Assembly (NCBI GenBank): GCA_052386995.1
Contig: JBQTJP010000220.1
Span: forward strand, 1 to 12,062
Direction of reading: 5' to 3'
Origin: Armatimonadota bacterium
Lineage (GTDB): Bacteria > Sysuimicrobiota > Sysuimicrobiia > Sysuimicrobiales > Humicultoraceae
Length of the DNA stretch: 12,062 nt
How positions within the stretch are numbered: position 1 is the first letter of the stretch; each line of letters starts with the position of its first letter. Shown here in pieces: positions 7,325 to 12,062 of the stretch. Below the pieces are notes generated by a model. It did not search any database and was not told the origin of the DNA. It was given only the letters and a program-made list of their open reading frames with translations. Position numbers and translations under genes: made by a program.

Positions 7325-8668
7325 ATGGATACGAATATTGCCTCTTCCGTGGCCCTGCTGTCCAACGCGGATCTCCTGGCCCAGGTGAAGCACCTCGCCG
7401 AACGAGAGCGGGAGTCGACGGCAACCCTCATTGCCCACCTCGCGGAGCTGGACCAGCGGCGCCTGTACCTGGCCGAAGGATGCTCCTCGTTGTTCACCTA
7501 CTGCACACAGATCCTCCATCTTTCTGAGCATGCCGCCTACGGACGCATCGTTGCCGCCCGGGCCGTCCGGAGATTCTCGGTGCTTCTGGAGATGTTGGAG
7601 GATGGATCGGTGAACCTCACGACAGTGGTTCTCCTGGCCGCGCACCTCACATCCGAGAATCACCGACAACTGCTGGACATGGCCCGGCACAAGAGCAAGC
7701 GAGCCGTCCAGGAGCTTGTCGCGACGCTGCATCCCCAGCCAGATGTCCCAGCCTTAGTCCGTAGACTGCCGACCGCGCGCCATGCCGCTGCATCGTCCGC
7801 AGCGCAACTCGACGCCGCAGCCGGTCCCCAGCCGACTGGTAATGGCCAAGTCGCCGCATCTCTGAGCCAGCCGTCTTCGGCCGACATGCCGCCCCGAGCG
7901 CGCCCACCCGCCGTCGTCGCCCCGCTTGCGCCTCAGCGTTATAAGGTGCAGTGTACGGTGAGTGCCGAGACCTACGAGAAACTACGGCTTGCGCAAGACC
8001 TCTTGCGCCACCAAATCCCAGACGGGGATCCTGCGGCGATATTCGACCGAGCCCTAACGGCACTCTTGGAAGACCTCGCAAAGAACAAGCTCGCCGCCAC
8101 GGACCGTCCGCGTGCAAGCCGCGGTACAACCCCCGGCTCGCGTCACATTCCGGCCCAAGTCAAGCGCGCGGTCTGGCTTCGCGACGGCGGACGGTGCGCC
8201 TTCATAAGCGACACAGGCCGCCGCTGCACCGAGCGTGGGTCCCTGGAGTTTCATCACGTCTCACCTTACGCTGCGGGAGGCGCGCCCACGGTCGAGAATA
8301 TCCAGCTTCGGTGTCGCGCTCACAATGGCTATGAAGCCGAGCGATACTTCGGTCCGCGTAACCCGATGGTCGTGCGTGAGGCATATGCGTCGTGCGCCTA
8401 CCTTCCCGAGCTAAAGGCCTCACCATCGTACCTGGCACCTCCAGCAGCAACTCGGTCCGGCCCGAGTACTGAGTGCACCGCGCTTAGACTGTACCCAGGC
8501 CGAAGAGTTCGATCTCGACCGGGATTCGTGCGTCGGCCTCAAGTGTCCGACCAGGCTGAGTTTGCGCTTGCCGATGGGCGTACGGTCAAGCGAGAGCTTG
8601 CCACGACCTTACCCCGCGGCGGCCCGCGTCCAGAATCCCTGCGGGTCGAGGCCGCGAATCAACCGTAG
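7325..8668 (+). CDS. HNH endonuclease with N-terminal DUF222-like helical domain
   Basis: N-terminal 'LIAHLAELDQRRLYLAEGCSSLFTYC...LSEHAAYGRI', an Ala/Pro linker, 'YEKLRLAQDLLRH', then the HNH domain 'RHIPAQVKRAVWLRDGGRC...C...LEFHH...GG...ENIQLRCRAHN'. The tail beyond ~8467 looks like read-through and overlaps the convergent gene by 60 nt. Confidence 0.88.
   Translation: MDTNIASSVALLSNADLLAQVKHLAERERESTATLIAHLAELDQRRLYLAEGCSSLFTYCTQILHLSEHAAYGRIVAARAVRRFSVLLEMLEDGSVNLTTVVLLAAHLTSENHRQLLDMARHKSKRAVQELVATLHPQPDVPALVRRLPTARHAAASSAAQLDAAAGPQPTGNGQVAASLSQPSSADMPPRARPPAVVAPLAPQRYKVQCTVSAETYEKLRLAQDLLRHQIPDGDPAAIFDRALTALLEDLAKNKLAATDRPRASRGTTPGSRHIPAQVKRAVWLRDGGRCAFISDTGRRCTERGSLEFHHVSPYAAGGAPTVENIQLRCRAHNGYEAERYFGPRNPMVVREAYASCAYLPELKASPSYLAPPAATRSGPSTECTALRLYPGRRVRSRPGFVRRPQVSDQAEFALADGRTVKRELATTLPRGGPRPESLRVEAANQP
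8447..8467. repeat. Right copy of 21-bp inverted repeat (near-perfect palindrome)
   Basis: GCAACTCGGTCCGGCCCGAGT is the exact reverse complement of 7083-7103. It lies within the 3' tail of the HNH ORF, where it encodes ATRSGPS. Confidence 0.95.
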
Positions 8669-9385
8669 TTCGCTGGGAGACGGAGGAGGCGTCGTGTGAA
8701 CGCTCGAGGCCACACGCAGCGGCCATCCGGTCTGCTCCCGGATCTGCTCCAGGGTCGCCCCGGGGTGATGCGAGCGCAGCACCGCTTCGCGCGTGCGTGG
8801 ATCGAAGTCGAACACGCCCAGCGTCGTGATCAAGGCAGCAGGTCCGCCTCCAGGGAGTCCAGCCGATTCTCGGTGATCACCGCCGGCGAGATACCCTGGC
8901 GAGGTAATGTAGTCGACGACCGGACGCAGGCGGTGACGCTCGTGGGACATGATGACCAGCAGCCGCCGCGCCAGCGAGGCGATATCGCAGGCCCCGCCGC
9001 TGCCGGGCAGTTTGACCCGCGGCCGATCCCGCGGGCCGATATATGACGAGTTGACGTTGCCGAATCGGTCCACTTCGGCGCCGCCGATGAACCCCAGGTC
9101 CACCCGACCGCGGCCCAGCAGCGACATCGCCAGCGGCAGACGCGTGCACATGTGCGCCCCTACGACGTTCGGCGTGTCCGACATCGTGTAGAGAAACTCA
9201 CCGCTCGGCGTGCCACGCACGAGCCCGTTCTCGAATACCCCGAACGCCCGAGGCGCGTGGGTCAGTTTGGCCAGCCGGAAGGCGATGAGCGGCAGCCGCA
9301 TGCCGACGAATACCACATCGCCGTCGCGAATCTCGCGCGCAGCCGCAACGACCATGACCTCGCCTGGAGCGATGTCACCAGGCAT
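8609..9385 (-). CDS. Family I CoA-transferase subunit B (glutaconate GctB / 3-oxoadipate CatJ-like)
   Basis: 'AAAREIRDGDVVFVGM.LP', 'FENG', 'GFIGGAEVDRFGNVNSS', 'LPGSGGACDIA', 'VDYITSPG' and 'ITTLGVF'. Likely start is ATG 9385, overlapping the subunit A stop. Confidence 0.92.
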   Translation of the reverse strand: MPGDIAPGEVMVVAAAREIRDGDVVFVGMRLPLIAFRLAKLTHAPRAFGVFENGLVRGTPSGEFLYTMSDTPNVVGAHMCTRLPLAMSLLGRGRVDLGFIGGAEVDRFGNVNSSYIGPRDRPRVKLPGSGGACDIASLARRLLVIMSHERHRLRPVVDYITSPGYLAGGDHRESAGLPGGGPAALITTLGVFDFDPRTREAVLRSHHPGATLEQIREQTGWPLRVASSVHTTPPPSPSELRLIRGLDPQGFWTRAAAG

Positions 9386-10301
9386 AGTCCACGGCCGCCG
9401 CGGGCGCGGGGCGCAGCTGCCGCAGGCTCCCCCAGCGCTCGTGGCCCAACTGCGCCAGGTAGGCAGCCCGGTCCGGCAGCCCATAGACCCATCTGTCCAG
9501 CCACGCGTGCATACCCTCAGCCGTCCGCGTCTGTTGATGATACTCAGCGTAGAACGCGTGGTCCCGGCGGCAATAGCCCTGCACCGGACTCGGATGACAG
9601 GCGCCGGGGCAGTGCACGACCGCGCTCACCAGAAACGCCGGGAACAGCACGCGGTTGGGATCGCTCAGGATGATGTCGGAGTCCACGATCTCTTCGGCGA
9701 GCACGATCACGCGCTCGGCGGCCAGGCCGGCTTCCTCCGTGATCCCCAGGTTGCCCCACAGGTGCACGTTCCCTTCGGCATCGGCCCGCTGCACCGCGAC
9801 GATGGTCACGTCGGGACGCAGCGCGCGCACGAGCAACACGTTCTCACCGCCAAACGGCGAGGTGCTCTTCGCGAAACCAGGATGCCCCTTGGTGATGTCG
9901 CTTCCCGCCCCCGACCGGCACGGGACAAATGGCATGCCGTGGGCGCCCGCAAGCAATGCCAAAGAGATCGTGTAGTTCGTATAGTCCTCCACCGCGATAG
10001 ACCGGGGGATGCCCTGCTCGGCCGCTCGCCGGTACGCGTGACCCAACCCCGCGCTCACGTTGCCGACCCAGGCGGCCTGGATGCACGCGACACATCCCGC
10101 GCCGATCAACTGATCGAACAGCATGTCGGAAATGGGACCGACGAGCGTGAGATCGCGCCGGCCCTGGCGGATCACCTCGTGGCCGGCCGCAAAGGGGATC
10201 ATGGACTCCAGGCATGTGCCCATAACCACGGAGGCCCCGCCGGGCACGAAACGCCGGATCGCGTCGGCCAGGGGCATGAGCTTCTCACTCAACATCCGCA
10301 C
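9375..10301 (-). CDS. Family I CoA-transferase subunit A (GctA / CatI-like)
   Basis: 'IPFAAGHEVIRQG', 'DQLIGAGCV', 'AGAHGMPFVP...GSD', 'PDVTIVAVQRADAEGN', 'VLAEEIV' and 'HPSPVQGY..RD'. The start could be 10301, 10295 or 10277. Confidence 0.92.
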   Translation of the reverse strand: MRMLSEKLMPLADAIRRFVPGGASVVMGTCLESMIPFAAGHEVIRQGRRDLTLVGPISDMLFDQLIGAGCVACIQAAWVGNVSAGLGHAYRRAAEQGIPRSIAVEDYTNYTISLALLAGAHGMPFVPCRSGAGSDITKGHPGFAKSTSPFGGENVLLVRALRPDVTIVAVQRADAEGNVHLWGNLGITEEAGLAAERVIVLAEEIVDSDIILSDPNRVLFPAFLVSAVVHCPGACHPSPVQGYCRRDHAFYAEYHQQTRTAEGMHAWLDRWVYGLPDRAAYLAQLGHERWGSLRQLRPAPAAAVDYAW

Positions 10302-10326
10302 CCGCCTTCACTCCCGAACTATAGCA

Positions 10327-10356
10327 GGGCATTCGCATATAGTGTCGCGAATGCCC
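10327..10356. promoter_or_regulatory. Inverted repeat (operator-like) in divergent promoter region
   Basis: GGGCATTCGC-N10-GCGAATGCCC with perfect 10-bp arms. TATAGT occurs in the spacer (10338-10343, + strand) and on the minus strand at 10318-10323. Confidence 0.55.
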
Positions 10357-10363
10357 GCCTGAC

Positions 10364-11117
10364 ATGCACCAACCTCTTACCGGCCAGATGCGAGCCCTGG
10401 TCTGGAGCATCCTCGCCGTCGTCCTGCCCTGGGGCCTACTGTTGGGTCTCTTCGCGGCCCATACCTCGGTCTTCTGGATGTGGGCGATGCGGGACCCGCG
10501 CTCCGCCGTGCTCGTCGGGGCTGTGTACATCGGGGCCACGGTGTACTACATCGCGGCGCTGCGCTTGAATGACTGGGAGCAAACGAAAAGCGGGGTTGAG
10601 GGCGCCTTCGTCGTGTCGGCCGTCCTGCTTGCGGCCGTCGCGCTGGATTGGAATACGGTTCGGCCGTACCATCTAATGACAATCATCTGGCTCATCGCGT
10701 ACTACGGGCCGCTGTTCCTCATCCCGATTCTCTTCCGCCGCGAAGAGGATCTCCAGGGCACACCGCAGGGTGAACGGATACTCGGGGCCGGCTGGCGGCG
10801 CTGGATGATCGCCCGCGGCGCAGTCTACCTCGGTCTGACGGTGCTCGGCTTTGTGTTTGCTCCGCTGGCGGCCGCACACTGGCCCTGGCGGATCGATCCG
10901 CTCGAGGTACGAATGTTTCTGGGGGCAACCCGCCACGTTCGCGTGGGTGAGCGCGCACGTCCTGCGGGGCCGCGTCTTGTGGCCGCGGTACCGGCTGCAC
11001 TTCTTGTACACGGGCGTCCTGGGTGTCGTGCAGATCCTCGGTATGGTCCTCATCTCGACACCGTACCGGTGGGAGTCTGCGCTTGCCGTGCCGCTGATTC
11101 TGCTGTTTGCCGAGTGG
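10364..11117 (+). pseudogene. Multi-pass membrane protein, frameshifted at the G5 run (10921-10925) and apparently 3'-truncated
   Basis: Hydrophobic helices with 'FWMWAM' and 'HWPWRIDPL' repeat motifs. After MFLG the annotated frame becomes non-hydrophobic, while the +1 frame continues QPATFAWV...HFLYTGVLGVVQILGMVLI...LAVPLILLFAEW. Confidence 0.6.
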
Positions 11118-11428
11118 AAGCGACATATCTCCTTCGCCATATCGCCGTCAACCCGCTCCATAACGTCATCCACATCATCCTGGGGGTGAGCGGGCTCCTG
11201 GCGGCGCGACGAGCCGACCTCATGTTTCTGTGGTGCAGGACGGTGGGACCGGTGTTGCTGCTGTTGTTTGTCGTTGGTCTCGCCCATGCGTGGCTGCAGG
11301 GTTTCCCGCGAGACCAGTCGCTCTTAGGCCTGGTCGCCTTGAATTCTGCGGGACACACCTTCCACTTCGCGACCGGAGTGATCGCGCTGTTGCTCGGAAG
11401 CGTTCAGACCCGCGCGACGAAAAGGTGA
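11118..11428 (+). pseudogene. C-terminal part of a DUF4383-like membrane protein lacking its own start
   Basis: 'IAVNPLHNVIHIILGVSGLLAAR' and 'LLGLVALNSAGHTFHFATGVIALLLG' match the DUF4383 N..HN..H / N.....H pattern. The first helix and start codon are missing. Confidence 0.55.
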
Positions 11429-11530
11429 CCCGGGGACGCGAGCCTTACCACCAGGGAGTCGTCCTGAGCGCCCCGAATGACCGCATCAACTTCTGGTGCG
11501 CTGGTACCCTACGTCTTCTGAAGGGGTGCG

Positions 11531-11881
11531 ATGATGACGGTCCATATAAGGAAGATCCCCTCGCTGTTTGTTGTCTTTCTCTCGCTCGCCCTGGGAGTCC
11601 CCGGCATGGGCGCGTCGGGCGCCTCGTTCCTGGTGAAGGCGCGCAACATCGTCGGTGTGGGCGTAGAGACGATCGGAACCGATACGGGTCAGGCCTTCAA
11701 GGAAAAGCCGCCCTTCCCCAACCACGCGATCATGCACGGGGCCGGTAAGTACGGCATCACGTCGTTGTTTAACCTGGATCAGCTACCCACCACCGGCGCT
11801 GTGCTCGTCGTCCTGCCCATGAAAGTGGAAGGGGGTACCGGCAGTCCTATGCGTCCGATCGCGCTGGTGCCGAGGAGGTAG
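11531..11881 (+). pseudogene. Cyclase-family (kynurenine formamidase/isatin hydrolase-like) protein with large internal deletion
   Basis: A signal-peptide-like N-terminus joins directly to 'PG.....ASFLV..RNIVGVGVETIGTD', 'FPNH..MHGAGKYG...L.NLDQLP' and 'PMKVEGGTGSPMR'. The HxGTHxD metal motif is absent. Confidence 0.7.
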
Positions 11882-11916
11882 AGACCTCACGGCCGAGTCC
11901 GGCCCGCGGAACCGCA

Positions 11917-12062
11917 GTGGGCGCGCGCGAGCACGTCGTCGTCCGCGATGTGGCCAAGACGTACCAGACGGCCTCGGGGCCGGTGCGGGCGGTCGAGGAC
12001 ATCTCGTTTGGCGTCTACGAGCAGGAGTTCCTCACCATCCTCGGACCAAGTGGATGCGGGAA
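11917..12062 (+). CDS. ABC transporter ATP-binding protein, nitrate/sulfonate/taurine (TauB/SsuB) type, 5' part
   Basis: Manual translation from GTG 11917: MGAREHVVVRDVAKTYQTASGPVRAVEDISFGVYEQEFLTILGPSGCG(K), ending in Walker A at the window edge. Confidence 0.85.
   Translation, partial: MGAREHVVVRDVAKTYQTASGPVRAVEDISFGVYEQEFLTILGPSGCG

Larger units (their letters stand above)
7083..8467 (+). mobile_element. Putative HNH-encoding selfish element bounded by palindromic inverted repeats
   Basis: A perfect 21-bp IR pair brackets the HNH gene core and its upstream non-coding region. The gene is opposite in orientation to both neighbours and functionally unrelated to them. No transposase or target-site duplication is seen. 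Confidence 0.5.

Noticed and set aside
6986..7732. 248-aa minus-strand ORF overlapping the HNH gene start
   Set aside because: Mostly an antisense shadow of the HNH gene and it crosses the repeat and structured region; no domain features.
7070..8480. Classical IS element with target-site duplication, or CRISPR repeats
   Set aside because: No DDE/HUH transposase motifs, the flanks (..GCATCCGA / ACTGAGTG..) are not direct repeats, and there are only two repeat copies, inverted, with no spacer array.
9210..10568. 452-aa plus-strand ORF
   Set aside because: Antisense to the CoA-transferase subunits, with no motifs.
11430..11476. GC-rich imperfect hairpin after the DUF4383-like stop, as a terminator
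   Set aside because: Irregular stem and no U-tract.
11891..11910. Partial match (TCCGGCCCG) to the HNH-flanking palindrome
   Set aside because: Only a short GC-rich core matches and the palindromic arms are absent, so it is likely chance.

Overview
GC-rich bacterial chromosomal window. The left part (1-6548, minus strand) is a co-oriented run of a branched-chain-amino-acid-type ABC transporter (permease, Tat-signal binding protein, two ATPases), a short MetE-like enzyme, a secreted GHL10 glycoside hydrolase, a Zn-dependent deaminase and a MaoC dehydratase. Upstream of these is a truncated S9-peptidase beta-propeller fragment. The right part has a two-subunit CoA-transferase (minus strand) and, divergently, a damaged membrane-protein/DUF4383 chimera, an internally deleted cyclase and the start of a TauB-like ABC ATPase. 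The most interesting item is a ~1.39 kb unit (7083-8467) with no recognisable transposase. It carries a DUF222-like/HNH endonuclease gene and is bounded by a perfect 21-bp inverted repeat whose copies are near-perfect palindromes. It also has a highly base-paired ~170-nt upstream non-coding region and an apparently leaderless start. I interpret it as a candidate selfish or RNA-associated HNH element; this is inference. All family calls come from motif recognition by eye, and no searches were run.
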